DNA of 64,000 bases from an uncultured Verrucomicrobiae bacterium (GCA_963834385.1 CAWIBO010000002.1:64001-128000), one strand, 5' to 3'. Shown: positions 51,816 through 61,774, numbered from the stretch's first letter. Program-made: numbers and translations. Notes: generated from the letters alone by a model not told the origin.

Positions 51816-53000
51816 ATGCATAAAGAAGCGAAAAAAATCGAGGCGAAGCGACACGATTTCGCCACGCGCACGATTCACGCCGGCCAGGAGCCGGATCCCT
51901 CGACCGGCGCAATCATGACGCCGATTTACCAGACCTCGACTTACGTCCAGGAAAGCCCCGGCCGGCACAAGGGCTTCGACTACGCTCGCTCGATCAACCC
52001 GACCCGGCTGGCTTACGAGAAATGCGTGGCTGACCTCGAGAGCGGCACGCGCGGCTGGGCCTTTGCCTCCGGCCTCGCCGCCATGGCCACCGCCCTCGAT
52101 GCGCTCGACACCGGTTCCCACGTTCTGGTGAGCGACGATCTTTATGGCGGGACCTTCCGGCTTTTCGAGAAGGTCCGGCGCCGCTCCGCCGGTCTCGAGT
52201 TCACTTTCATCGACATGACCGACGCCTCGCAGATCGAGTCGTCCCTAAAACCGAACACGCGCATGCTCTGGGTTGAGACCCCGAGCAATCCGCTCCTGAA
52301 GATCATCGATCTCGAAGCGGTGGCGCAGATTGCGCGGAAACACGGGGCCCTGGCCGTTTCCGACAACACTTTTGCCAGTCCCTGGGCCCAGCGCCCGCTC
52401 GAGCTTGGTTTCGACATGGTCATTCATTCCGCGACCAAATACCTGAACGGGCACTCCGACATGGTCGGGGGCGTGATTGTCGTGGGTGAGAACAAGGAGC
52501 TGGCGGATCAGATTCAGTTCTTGCAGAACGCCGTCGGCGCCGTGGCCGGCCCGTTCGACAGTTTCCTGGCGATGCGCGGCCTGAAAACCCTTTCCATCCG
52601 CATGGAGCGGCATTGCGAGAACGCGGGCGAGATTGCGCGCTGGCTCGAAGGCAACCCGAAACTGGAACGGCTGATTTATCCGGGCCTCGCCGCGCATCCG
52701 CAGCACGCCCTCGCCGGGAAACAGATGCGGGGATTTGGCGGAATGGTCACGCTTGTTCTCAAGACCGACATGGACGGGACCCGCCGTTTTCTCGAGAACA
52801 CCCATCTTTTCTCGCTCGCGGAAAGCCTTGGCGGCGTGGAAAGCCTGGTGAACCACCCGGCCATCATGACCCACGGCGCCGTGCCTCCGGAAACGCGGGC
52901 CAAGCTCGGCATCACCGATTCACTCGTGCGGCTGTCGGTCGGGATCGAGAACGTGGAAGACCTGAAACACGATCTCGAGACGGCGCTCGCGGCCATTTAA
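51816..53000 (+). CDS. cystathionine gamma-lyase/synthase
   Basis: YARSINPT, FASGLAA, ETPSNP, HSATKYLNGHSD, LAESLGGVESL, RLSVGIE. Confidence 0.93.
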   Translation: MHKEAKKIEAKRHDFATRTIHAGQEPDPSTGAIMTPIYQTSTYVQESPGRHKGFDYARSINPTRLAYEKCVADLESGTRGWAFASGLAAMATALDALDTGSHVLVSDDLYGGTFRLFEKVRRRSAGLEFTFIDMTDASQIESSLKPNTRMLWVETPSNPLLKIIDLEAVAQIARKHGALAVSDNTFASPWAQRPLELGFDMVIHSATKYLNGHSDMVGGVIVVGENKELADQIQFLQNAVGAVAGPFDSFLAMRGLKTLSIRMERHCENAGEIARWLEGNPKLERLIYPGLAAHPQHALAGKQMRGFGGMVTLVLKTDMDGTRRFLENTHLFSLAESLGGVESLVNHPAIMTHGAVPPETRAKLGITDSLVRLSVGIENVEDLKHDLETALAAI

Positions 53001-53024
53001 TCCGAGCAACGAGAACGCTCACGC

Positions 53025-53308
53025 GCGCGTGTCATCCCGAGCCGCGCAGACGGCGAGGGACCCCACGAAAAAAGGACGGGTATGGCCTCTGTAGCTACGG
53101 GGCGCCAAGACGAAAGCTCGCTGCCGGTTCCGGGTTTTTAAGGGTGGATCGTCGCAAGCTATTCGTGAGGTCCCTCGCTGTGCTCGGGATGACGGTGGGG
53201 CGCGGGGCGCCAAGACGAAAGCCCGCTGCCGGTTCCGGGTTCTTCGGGCGTGGATCGTCGCAAGCTATTCGTGAGGTCCCTCGCTGCGCTCGGGATGACG
53301 GTGGGGCG
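53025..53308. repeat. left CGTC-REP cassette (forward-reverse-reverse)
   Basis: Forward unit at 53031, reverse units at 53167-53193 and 53273-53299, with a duplicated spacer. Confidence 0.92.
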
Positions 53309-53597
53309 CTTGGAAGAGGTCGACGGAAAGGTCGGTCCACCGGGGGTTTTGTGCGTTGACCAGCGCGTTCTTCTTGCTCCTGCGCCAGCCTTTGATTTCT
53401 TTCTCCCGCGCGATGGCGTCACGCGCTTCGTTAAAGACCTCGAAACAGACGAGGCGGTTGAGTCGATAGCTTTTGGTGAAGCCTCGGACGACACCGTACT
53501 GATGCTCCCACACCCGGCGTTCGAGGTTGTTGGTGATCCCGGTATAAAGGACGACCCGGCTCTTATTCGTCATCAGGTAAACGAAGAAGTTCTTCAC
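53265..53597 (-). CDS. stand-alone GIY-YIG nuclease family protein (YhbQ/UPF0213-like)
   Basis: FFVYLM..LYTGITNNLERRVWEH..GFTKSY..AIAREKEIKGWRR..NPRWTDL; probable GTG start at 53597. Confidence 0.92.
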   Translation of the reverse strand: MKNFFVYLMTNKSRVVLYTGITNNLERRVWEHQYGVVRGFTKSYRLNRLVCFEVFNEARDAIAREKEIKGWRRSKKNALVNAQNPRWTDLSVDLFQAPHRHPERSEGPHE

Positions 53598-53670
53598 CGT
53601 TGAGTGCCCATTTGGCCGCTTCCCAGTCCTATCCGTGACCGGTGTGGCGGAGAAGCGCAATTACGCCCCG

Positions 53671-53943
53671 GCGCGTGTCATCCCGAGCCGCGCAGACGGC
53701 GAGGGACCCCACGAAAAAAGGACGGGTCCGGCCTTTGTAGCCGCGGGGAGCGCGGGAGGAGTCCGTTGCCGTTTCCGGGTTTTTCGGGGATGGACCGCCG
53801 CAAGCTACTCGTGAGGTCCCTCGCTGCGCTCGGGATGACGTGGGCGCGGGCGCCAGAACGAAAGCTCGCTGCCGGTCCCGGGGTGGACCACCGCAAGCTG
53901 TTCGTGAGGTCCCTCGCTGCGCTCGGGATGACGGAGGGGGCGC
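53671..53943. repeat. right CGTC-REP cassette (forward-reverse-reverse)
   Basis: Forward unit at 53677, reverse units at 53813-53839 and 53906-53932; an imperfect direct repeat of the left cassette. Confidence 0.92.
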
Positions 53944-53944
53944 C

Positions 53945-54748
53945 TTACCGGCTTGGAAGTTTCGTCAGCAGTTCGTCGATCTCCTGTTTGAATCCAGGAT
54001 AGGGCCGGGCGCCTTTGATAAACCGAAGCGGCTTGAAAGCACCGTCCGGGGTCGTTGTCCCAAGAAAAAAGGCCGGGGTGCCGGTAACGCCGGCCCGCTT
54101 CCCGTCGGCCAGGTCGCGCCGGACTTTATCGGCATGAGTCCCCTGCGCCAGGCAGCTTTCGAATCGGGCCGAATCCAGCCCAACCGCCGCTGCGTGGGCC
54201 GTCAGGTCGGCCGGAGCGAGGGCCCGCGGATTGGCAAAAAGGGCGTCGTGCATCTCCCAGAATTTTCCCTGGTCCCCGGCGCAGAGCGCGGCTTCGTGCG
54301 CCTTGAACGCCTTTTTGTGGATCGATTCGAGCGGGAAGTTCCGGAAGACATACCGAAGTTTCCCGGTCGCGATGTATTCCGCCTCGAGCTGCGGCAGGGT
54401 CTGTTTCACATGGCGCGCGCAAAAACCGCATTCGTAATCGGTGAACTCCACCAGGGTCAGCGGGGCGGCGGCTTCCCCTTTCGCCGGGGCCCCGGCGAGG
54501 TTCATGGTTACGTCGCGCAACGGGACACCGGCGCGCGGCGGTGCCGGGCGGGGCCTCTCGCGTTCCTGCGCGATCTCGCGGCGCAAAGCGTCCTGCGCCG
54601 TCCGGAATTGTTCGACTTCCTTCCGGAGACGGGCCAGTTCCCGCTGGTTGCCGATCCCGTAGACGGCGGCGACGATGGCTCCCGCCCCCAGCAGAAAGAA
54701 GAGGAAAATCACCCCGACTGGCGAGAGTCCCCGGCTGGCCCTGGCCAT
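53945..54748 (-). CDS. DsbA-like thioredoxin domain protein
   Basis: [37 protein letters not shown]-terminal TM segment plus coiled coil. Confidence 0.9.
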   Translation of the reverse strand: MARASRGLSPVGVIFLFFLLGAGAIVAAVYGIGNQRELARLRKEVEQFRTAQDALRREIAQERERPRPAPPRAGVPLRDVTMNLAGAPAKGEAAAPLTLVEFTDYECGFCARHVKQTLPQLEAEYIATGKLRYVFRNFPLESIHKKAFKAHEAALCAGDQGKFWEMHDALFANPRALAPADLTAHAAAVGLDSARFESCLAQGTHADKVRRDLADGKRAGVTGTPAFFLGTTTPDGAFKPLRFIKGARPYPGFKQEIDELLTKLPSR

Positions 54749-54871
54749 GTTTTGCCGTGTCGGTTTTCGCCGGCTGCGCCATCGGCCGGAATATGCGGGA
54801 AGGAGAGGCGCGAGGAAAGCCCGGATAAACGCGCTACAAAAAAGGGCGCGCATGCTCTAGCATGCCGCCGC

Positions 54872-55966
54872 ATGTCCAGTTCGTTCGGCCAGCTCTTCCG
54901 AATCTCCACCTTCGGCGAATCGCACGGGGGCGGGGTCGGCGTGGTCATCGACGGCTGTCCGCCCTGCCTCGCTCTCGACCCCGCGGAGATCCAGCGGGAA
55001 CTGGACCGGCGCCGGCCGGGACAGAGCGCGGTCACGACCCAGCGCCAGGAACCGGATCACTGCGAGATTCTTTCCGGGGTGTTCGAAGGCAAAACCCTGG
55101 GAACGCCCATCGCCCTCCTCGTGCGGAACAAGGATGCGCGGGCGGAAGACTACGAGGCGGTGCGCGACACCTATCGTCCCTCGCACGCCGATTTCACCTA
55201 CCAGGCCAAATACGGGATCCGCAACTGGCAGGGAGGCGGCCGCGCTTCCGCCCGCGAAACCATCGGACGGGTCGCGGCGGGCGCCGTGGCGCGCGTGGTC
55301 CTGCGCGCGTTGTTTCCGGATTTCAGCGTGATCGCGTTCGTGCAACAGGCGGGCGAAATCGTGGCCAGGGTCGAGCATGATTCGCTGCGGGAAGCGGTGG
55401 AGACCAACGTGATGCGTTGTCCGGATGAAAAAGCGGCCCAAGCCATGATCGCGCTCGTTGAGCAGGTCCGGGCCGAGGGCGATTCAATCGGCGGAATCAT
55501 CGAGTGTGTGGTTAGAGGTCTGCCGGCCGGCCTTGGAGAACCGGTCTTCGACAAGCTCGAGGCCGACCTGGCCAAGGCCATGATGAGTCTTCCGGCCACG
55601 AAGGGTTTCGAGATCGGCTCCGGCTTTGCCGCGGCCAGCCAGCGCGGATCGGCGCACAACGATCCTTTCGTCCAGCGTGAGGGACGCATCGGCACGGCCA
55701 CCAATAACTCAGGCGGCGTCCAGGGTGGGATCAGCAATGGCGAACCGATCGTGTTCCGGGTCGCCTTCAAACCGCCGGCCACGACGGCGCGGGAGCAGAA
55801 AACTGTCACGACAACCGGCGAAGAGACCAAGGTGGCCGTGGGTGGCCGGCACGATCCCTGTGTCCTGCCGCGGGCGGTTCCCATCGTGGAAGCCATGGCC
55901 GCGCTGGTCCTGTGCGACCACGCGCTGCGACAACGCGCCCTGTCCGTCGCGGGAGGAACGCCCTGA
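54872..55966 (+). CDS. aroC: chorismate synthase
   Basis: [43 protein letters not shown]. Confidence 0.97.
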   Translation: MSSSFGQLFRISTFGESHGGGVGVVIDGCPPCLALDPAEIQRELDRRRPGQSAVTTQRQEPDHCEILSGVFEGKTLGTPIALLVRNKDARAEDYEAVRDTYRPSHADFTYQAKYGIRNWQGGGRASARETIGRVAAGAVARVVLRALFPDFSVIAFVQQAGEIVARVEHDSLREAVETNVMRCPDEKAAQAMIALVEQVRAEGDSIGGIIECVVRGLPAGLGEPVFDKLEADLAKAMMSLPATKGFEIGSGFAAASQRGSAHNDPFVQREGRIGTATNNSGGVQGGISNGEPIVFRVAFKPPATTAREQKTVTTTGEETKVAVGGRHDPCVLPRAVPIVEAMAALVLCDHALRQRALSVAGGTP

Positions 55967-56886
55967 TGTTCGCGGCCATCGGCGATGCGGGCGGAGTGGT
56001 TGCCGGGTCGTCCCGCTGGCAACTGATCTTTCTCGGGATCGCCCTCCTTATCATTGCGCTCGAGATCGTGCGCGGCTGGCGACTCGGTTTCTTCCGGCAA
56101 CTGGTGCGGATCGGGGCTGTTCTCTGCGCCTATGCCGCGGCCATTTTCCTCGGGCCACTCTTCGTTCCGCTGCTCCGGCCGGTCTTTACTCTGCCCGACA
56201 TCGTCCTTGGCGCCATCGGGGGAAGCATTCTCGCGGTGATTGTCTACGCCCTCGTCGCGGCGCTCGGCAATTTCTTCGTCCGGCGTGCCGGACAGCCGAC
56301 GAACGGCGTTCTTCGGCTGTTCCAGGGCGCGGGCGGCGGTTTCCTCGGGATCGTTTTCGGGTTCTTCATCGTCTGGCTGCTGGTCGTGAGCATTCGCCTG
56401 GTCGGTTCCTTCGCGGAAACGCAGGTCAAGGCTCTTCCGACCGTTCCCGCCGAAGCGGTCACCAGCGGCGGGACACCCGCGCCTTCCACGCGGTCGCGGG
56501 CGGACGTGTCGCTCGCGCTCTCACTCGCACGTCTGAAAAATTCGGTCGAGCTCGGCGCGGTGGGCGAGGTCGTGAAAACGGCCGACGTCGTCCCGGACCG
56601 GACCTACGACACACTGGCGAAGGCGGGCGGGTTGCTCGGCCAGCCCGAACGGGCGCGGCGTTTCCTCGACACGCCCGGCGCGAGGGACCTGTCGGAGCAT
56701 CCCCGGCTGGTGGCTCTGCGCGAGGACCCGGAAATCCAGGAGCTTTTGCTGGAGGGCCGCCTTTTCGAACTGATGCAGCATCCCCGGATCATTGAAGCGG
56801 CCAATGATCCGACGGTGGTGGAACGGGTAAGGCGCTTCGACCTGTTCAAGGCGCTGGAAGAGGCCGATCAACCGTCGGTGAAATAG
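55966..56886 (+). CDS. CvpA family membrane protein
   Basis: IVRGWRLGFFRQL, four TM segments, GGFLGIVFG. Confidence 0.75.
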   Translation: MFAAIGDAGGVVAGSSRWQLIFLGIALLIIALEIVRGWRLGFFRQLVRIGAVLCAYAAAIFLGPLFVPLLRPVFTLPDIVLGAIGGSILAVIVYALVAALGNFFVRRAGQPTNGVLRLFQGAGGGFLGIVFGFFIVWLLVVSIRLVGSFAETQVKALPTVPAEAVTSGGTPAPSTRSRADVSLALSLARLKNSVELGAVGEVVKTADVVPDRTYDTLAKAGGLLGQPERARRFLDTPGARDLSEHPRLVALREDPEIQELLLEGRLFELMQHPRIIEAANDPTVVERVRRFDLFKALEEADQPSVK

Positions 56887-56890
56887 CGTG

Positions 56891-58339
56891 ATGCCATGGC
56901 TCACCACCATCGGGCTGGAGGTGCATGTGCAGCTCAAGACGCAGTCCAAGATGTTTTGCGCCTGCGCCACCGCGTTCGGGTCGCCGCCGAACTCGCAGAC
57001 CTGCCCGACCTGTCTCGGCCTGCCTGGCTCGCTTCCGGTGGTGAACGAGGAGGCTTTGCGCCTGACCGTGAGGGCCGGGCTCATGCTCGGGAGCGAGATT
57101 CCCGCGCTCTCGAGGTTTGACCGGAAAAATTATTTCTATCCGGACATGCCGAAGAACTACCAGATCTCGCAGTACGAATTTCCGCTCTGTCTCGGCGGCC
57201 GGGTTCCGTTGCCTGAGCTGGCCTGGCCCAAAGACGCGCGGGAGGGAGCGGTCGAAAAATCAGTGCCGCTCGTCCGCATCCATCTCGAGGAAGACGTGGC
57301 CAAAAGTTTTCATTTTCCGAACGCCACCGGGGTCGACTTCAACCGGGCCGGCCTGCCGCTGATGGAAATAGTCTCCGCGCCGGAGCTGGAGTCGCCCGAG
57401 GAGGCTTTCGCTTTTCTGACTTCGCTTCGCCAGATTCTCGTTCATGGCGGCATCAGCGATGCCGACATGGAGAAGGGCCAGTTGCGCTGTGATTGCAACG
57501 TCTCGGTGCGTCCCGCGGGGCAGGCCGGGCTGGGGGCGAAGATCGAGATCAAGAACATGAACTCGATCAGCGGGGTGCGCCGCGCGCTCACGTATGAGAT
57601 CGAACGGCAACAGGCCGCCCTGGCGGATGGCGAAACGCTTTCGCAGGAAACACGGGGCTGGGACGATGCCGCCGGCCGAACTTTTCTCATGCGGACAAAG
57701 GAATCGGCGCAGGATTACCATTATTTTCCCGAGCCCGACCTTGTTCCGTTGCAAACGGCGACACTGGTGGAGGCGGCGCGGCGCGATCTGCCGGAGCTGC
57801 CCGCGGCAAAAAGAGAGCGTTTCATCGAGGCCTACGGGATTACGCCTTACGATGCCGGGGTCCTGGCGGACGACCCTGCCCTTGCCTCCTATTTTGAGAA
57901 AGCCGCGTCGGGTGCAGGCAAAGCGAAAACGGTGGCGAATTGGGTCCTGAACGATCTGCAAAGCGCGCTGGCCGCGGCCGGGCAAACGATCACCGACTGT
58001 CCGGTCGCGCCGGAATCGCTGGGCGCGCTGGTGGAATTGGTCGAGAGCGGCCGGATCAGCGGCCGGCAGGGCAAGGAAGTGTTTGCGGAGATGTTCGCTG
58101 GTGGACGTTCCCCGGCCGAGATCGTGGCCGCGAAGGGACTGACGCAGGTGACCGACCGGAACGAACTGGAGGCGCTCTGCGACCAGGTGATCGCGGCCCA
58201 CCCGAAACCGGTCGCCGACTTCCGGGCGGGCAACGTTGCTTCGCTTAACTTTTTGAAAGGCCAGGCGATGAAACTTTCGCAAGGGCGGGCGAATCCGGCG
58301 CTCCTCGGTGACATTCTCCGGGAAAAACTTTCCTCCTGA
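56891..58339 (+). CDS. gatB: Asp/Glu-tRNA amidotransferase subunit B
   Basis: IGLEVHVQL, FDRKNYFYPD, HLEED, DFNRAG, LRCDCNVSVR, EIKNMNS, YFPEPDL. Confidence 0.96.
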   Translation: MPWLTTIGLEVHVQLKTQSKMFCACATAFGSPPNSQTCPTCLGLPGSLPVVNEEALRLTVRAGLMLGSEIPALSRFDRKNYFYPDMPKNYQISQYEFPLCLGGRVPLPELAWPKDAREGAVEKSVPLVRIHLEEDVAKSFHFPNATGVDFNRAGLPLMEIVSAPELESPEEAFAFLTSLRQILVHGGISDADMEKGQLRCDCNVSVRPAGQAGLGAKIEIKNMNSISGVRRALTYEIERQQAALADGETLSQETRGWDDAAGRTFLMRTKESAQDYHYFPEPDLVPLQTATLVEAARRDLPELPAAKRERFIEAYGITPYDAGVLADDPALASYFEKAASGAGKAKTVANWVLNDLQSALAAAGQTITDCPVAPESLGALVELVESGRISGRQGKEVFAEMFAGGRSPAEIVAAKGLTQVTDRNELEALCDQVIAAHPKPVADFRAGNVASLNFLKGQAMKLSQGRANPALLGDILREKLSS

Positions 58340-58354
58340 ACGCGCGGGGCGCCC

Positions 58355-59446
58355 ATGAGAGTCCTGCTCGCGCCCGACAAGTATAAGGGAACGCTTTCGG
58401 CCCGGGCTGTGGCCGAGGCGATGGCGGCGGGGTTACGCGACCTTCTGCCCGGGATTGAACTCGATCTCCAGCCGGTGGCTGACGGGGGCGAAGGGACCGC
58501 GGAGATCCTTTGCGCCGTGTGGGAGGGAGAGTGGAGGTCGGCGCGCGCGCACGATGCCATTGGACATCCGATTGAGGCGCGCTTTGCCTGGCGGAAGGAG
58601 ACTGGGCAGGCCGCGCTGGACATGAGCGAGACGGCCGGAATGGCACGACTGAAATGCCTGGAGCCAGCGCGGGCAGACACTTTTGGCGTGGGCGAGATGA
58701 TGAAGGCCGCGGCCGAACAAGGTGCGAAGGAGATCGTGGTCGGTTTGGGCGGGAGCGCGACCAACGACGGCGGGTGGGGCATGGCCCGCGCGCTCGGTTA
58801 CGAGTTTCTTGGGCGCGACGGCGCCGTGCTGGAGGAAGTCTGCGCCCTGGCCGAACTGGAACGGATCGTGCCGCCGGCGGCGCCCTTCCCTGTGCGCGTG
58901 GTGGCCGCAGCTGACGTCGCCAATCCCCTGCTCGGGGCGCGCGGCGCCACGGCGGTTTTTGGACCGCAAAAAGGAGTGCGGGACCTTGCCCGGTTCGAAG
59001 CGGCCCTGACCCGTCTGGCTGAAGTGGCGGCGAGACAATGGGGGCGTGATGAGTCGGCGCGCGCCGGGGCGGGCGCGGCAGGCGGGTTGGGCTTCGGCCT
59101 GCTCGTTTTCGCCGGCGCGAAGATCGAGCCGGGGTTCGAGGTGGTCTCGCGGGCGCTCTCACTTCCCGAGCGGGTGGCGGCGGCCGATCTCGTCCTGACT
59201 GGCGAAGGCCAGCTCGACGCACAGACCCTGGAAGGCAAGGCGCCCGCCGGGGTGGCACGCCTCGCCCGCGCGGCCGGAAAACGCTGTCTCGCGGTGGTGG
59301 GCCGTTCCCGCCTGTCCGGCGCGGAGAGCCAGCTTTTCGACCGGGTGATTGCGGTGCTCAAGGCAGGCGCGTCGGCCACAGGGATTGATCCGGCTGACGC
59401 CGTTCGCCGCACCGTGCGGGAAGGGTTGCGAGAAGAGATCTGCTAG
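58355..59446 (+). CDS. glycerate kinase
   Basis: APDKYKGTL, PVADGGEGT, GLGGSATNDGG, GAGAAGGLG, TGEG. Confidence 0.93.
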   Translation: MRVLLAPDKYKGTLSARAVAEAMAAGLRDLLPGIELDLQPVADGGEGTAEILCAVWEGEWRSARAHDAIGHPIEARFAWRKETGQAALDMSETAGMARLKCLEPARADTFGVGEMMKAAAEQGAKEIVVGLGGSATNDGGWGMARALGYEFLGRDGAVLEEVCALAELERIVPPAAPFPVRVVAAADVANPLLGARGATAVFGPQKGVRDLARFEAALTRLAEVAARQWGRDESARAGAGAAGGLGFGLLVFAGAKIEPGFEVVSRALSLPERVAAADLVLTGEGQLDAQTLEGKAPAGVARLARAAGKRCLAVVGRSRLSGAESQLFDRVIAVLKAGASATGIDPADAVRRTVREGLREEIC

Positions 59447-60001
59447 GGACCGGTTGCCTGGGCGCGAAAGCGGCGCGCGTTTTCGACGTATTTGCGGGCC
59501 CACCCGGCGATCGATCGTTGGGTCTCGGAATCGAGCGCCCGCACGATTCGCGCCGGTGAACCGTGCACCAGGGAACCCTCGGGGATTTCCATGCCGAGGG
59601 TGACCAGCGCGCCGGCGCCGATGATCGAGCGCGGTCCGATCCGGGCGCCGTCGAGAATAATGGCGCCCATGCCGACCAAGGACCTCATCGCCGACTTCGC
59701 AGGCATGCACGATGGCCCCGTGCCCGACCGTGACCAGTTCGCCGAGCAGGCAGGGATAATCATCAGCCAGGTGGAGCACCGCGTTGTCCTGCACATTGGA
59801 GCGTGGTCCGATGACGATGCGATTGATGTCGCCGCGCGCGACGACGCCATACCAAATGCTGGCTTCTTCGCCGATGGAAACGTCGCCCACCACCGTGGCC
59901 GTGGGCGCGATCCAGGCCGTGGGATGGATTGTCGGGCCGCGCGCCAACCGGTCGGCTACTCCGGCAATGCCGGCAGGCGGGGTGCTGACCGATTGCTCCA
60001 T
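59443..60001 (-). pseudogene. gamma carbonic anhydrase family protein with one frameshift (about 59678); probably a sequencing error
   Basis: GDVSIG, RGDIN, NVQDN.VLH, TVGHGAIVHAC in one frame; LVGMGAIILDGA..GAGALV..GSPAR in another. Confidence 0.88.
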
Positions 60002-60070
60002 GAAGCAGCGTCGCTTTGCGGCATGCCTGATGCAAGGTGGTGATCAGTGCAGGCAAGGTCGCTCCCTCCT

Positions 60071-60579
60071 CCGGTAGGGCGAGACTCCGTCGAGCCTGGG
60101 GGAGCGCCTCGCCTCCGTTGAAGAAGACAGGATTAACAGGATTTTGCAGGATTGTTTTGGGAGCAGGACCACCGCGCACAGCGGTCGCGGCGCATTCTCC
60201 CAGGCTCCGCAGAGCGTCGCCCTACCGGGGAAACTTCAAACGATTCACCATTCACGCCCTCTCTTCCGGTAGGGCGAGACTCCGTCGAGCCTGGAGGAGC
60301 GCCTCGCCTCCGTTGAAGAAGACAGGATTAACAGGATTTTGCAGGATTGTTTTGGGATCAGGACCACCGCGCACAGCGGTCGCGGCGCATTCTCCCAGGC
60401 TCCGCAGAGCGTCGCCCTACCGAAGGAACCCCAACGATTCACTACTCACGATTCACCATTCACGCCCCCTATCCACGGTAGGGCGAGACTCCGTCGAGCC
60501 TGGGGGAGCGCCCCGCCTCGGAGGTCTCGGAGGGACCTGCTTCCGCAGGTCCACGGACGAGCGGAAGCTCGTCCCTCCG
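60071..60579. repeat. composite GTAG-REP array (two ~195-209 bp tandem units plus a partial third and a GGAG-tagged hairpin pair)
   Basis: Forward REPs at 60072, 60267 and 60476; reverse REPs ending at 60225 and 60420; hairpin pair at 60528-60579. Confidence 0.9.
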
Positions 60580-60580
60580 T

Positions 60581-61225
60581 TCAGTCTTTGCGTTGGATCT
60601 TGCCGGCCCCGGCGATCTGCTGCTCCAGGATTTTCGGGTCGCCTTTGTAGGTGACCTTGCCGGCGCCGCTAATGGCGACCTTGAGGGTTTTTTCGACGCT
60701 GATCTCAGCCTTCGAGGCCCCGGTGAGATCGAGGGTCGCGTTCTGGGTCTTGAGTTCCTCCGCGTTCAACCGGCTCGCTCCCGTGTGGCTCGCCGTCAGT
60801 TCGTTTACGTTGCCCTCCAGCGTCACCCGGGAGGCGCCCGTGGTGCGGACGACGAATTTCTCACCGGTCACCCCTTTCCCGGTAAAACGGGAGGCACCGG
60901 TCAGCTCGACTGCGGCGAGGGCCGGGCTGGTCAGCAGAACCTTCACGCTCTCCGTCGGATTGATCCGTTGCCGTGTGCGAATGACGAGTTTGTCGCCGTC
61001 GATCGAGGTTTTCACATATTGATGCAGGTTCTCATCGGTCACCACCTGCAGCGAGACCGGGCCGGGCGACCATTCGACGCGGTAGGCCCCGCTCGTTTCC
61101 AGGGTGGTGAACGGGTCGATCTGTCGCGTCTCGGTCGTGACCCTGCCGTTGCCCTCGATGCCCCGCCAGTCGCAGCCGGCGCCGACGAGAAAGACCAGCG
61201 CGAGCGTAAAAATATATTTTTTCAT
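60581..61225 (-). CDS. DUF2807/GIN-domain lipoprotein
   Basis: Lipobox GAGC, GNGRVTTETR, repeated L.GAS beta-helix turns, ISGAGKVTYKGDP. Confidence 0.88.
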   Translation of the reverse strand: MKKYIFTLALVFLVGAGCDWRGIEGNGRVTTETRQIDPFTTLETSGAYRVEWSPGPVSLQVVTDENLHQYVKTSIDGDKLVIRTRQRINPTESVKVLLTSPALAAVELTGASRFTGKGVTGEKFVVRTTGASRVTLEGNVNELTASHTGASRLNAEELKTQNATLDLTGASKAEISVEKTLKVAISGAGKVTYKGDPKILEQQIAGAGKIQRKD

Positions 61226-61294
61226 TTTTGGTTCACGGATGGGATGCGCCCCGGGGCCGATTTGGATTCAAAAACTTTGCGGGAAAGAGCGTCA

Positions 61295-61774
61295 TCACTC
61301 CTCGCCATCAAAGTAATCAAGCGCTTCACTCCGCAGGAGACGCCGTTCCGGTGAACGCACCAGCCACTTTCCGCTGTCAGGGTAAAAGCAGGATTCACCG
61401 CGCGGGTTGTCAGCCACGACGTAGACCACAAGGTCAACGTCACCGTCGTTGATGATCTGGTGCGGCTCGTCCGGTCCGAAGATGAAAACGTCGCCTTCCT
61501 GCACCGTGGTGGTGCCCTCCTTGTGCCGGACGCTGCCACGGCCGGAAAGAACGTGGTAAAATTCCCACTGCGCGCTGTGTGAATGGTACGGGTAGGGCAC
61601 CTGGCCCGGGGTGAGCCGCATGATCTCGACGTCAAACGGATGCCGGTGGGCGAAGTCGGACGAATTCATGTCGCAGCCAAGCGCCTCGGAAAGGCCGCGG
61701 CCGGCCCCGCCGTATTTGCCCTTGGGCGAAGACCAGGTCTCTTCGGTCAGACCCTTGGCGTTGACCATGCGCAT
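61295..61774 (-). CDS. cupin domain protein
   Basis: PYHSHSAQWEFYHVLSG, PHQIIN, YPDSGK. Confidence 0.88.
   Translation of the reverse strand: MRMVNAKGLTEETWSSPKGKYGGAGRGLSEALGCDMNSSDFAHRHPFDVEIMRLTPGQVPYPYHSHSAQWEFYHVLSGRGSVRHKEGTTTVQEGDVFIFGPDEPHQIINDGDVDLVVYVVADNPRGESCFYPDSGKWLVRSPERRLLRSEALDYFDGEE

Noticed and set aside
53025..53943. CRISPR array
   Set aside because: The repeats occur in both orientations, the spacers are long and homologous to one another, and no cas genes are present.
53025..53943. Classical IS element or group I intron homing endonuclease
   Set aside because: No DDE or HUH transposase, no target-site duplication and no interrupted host gene. The protein is a single short GIY-YIG domain with no DNA-binding extension.
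60071..60579. CRISPR array or protein-coding ORFs (60037-60654 and others)
   Set aside because: These are whole-unit tandem duplications with near-identical spacers; the ORFs are translations of repeats.
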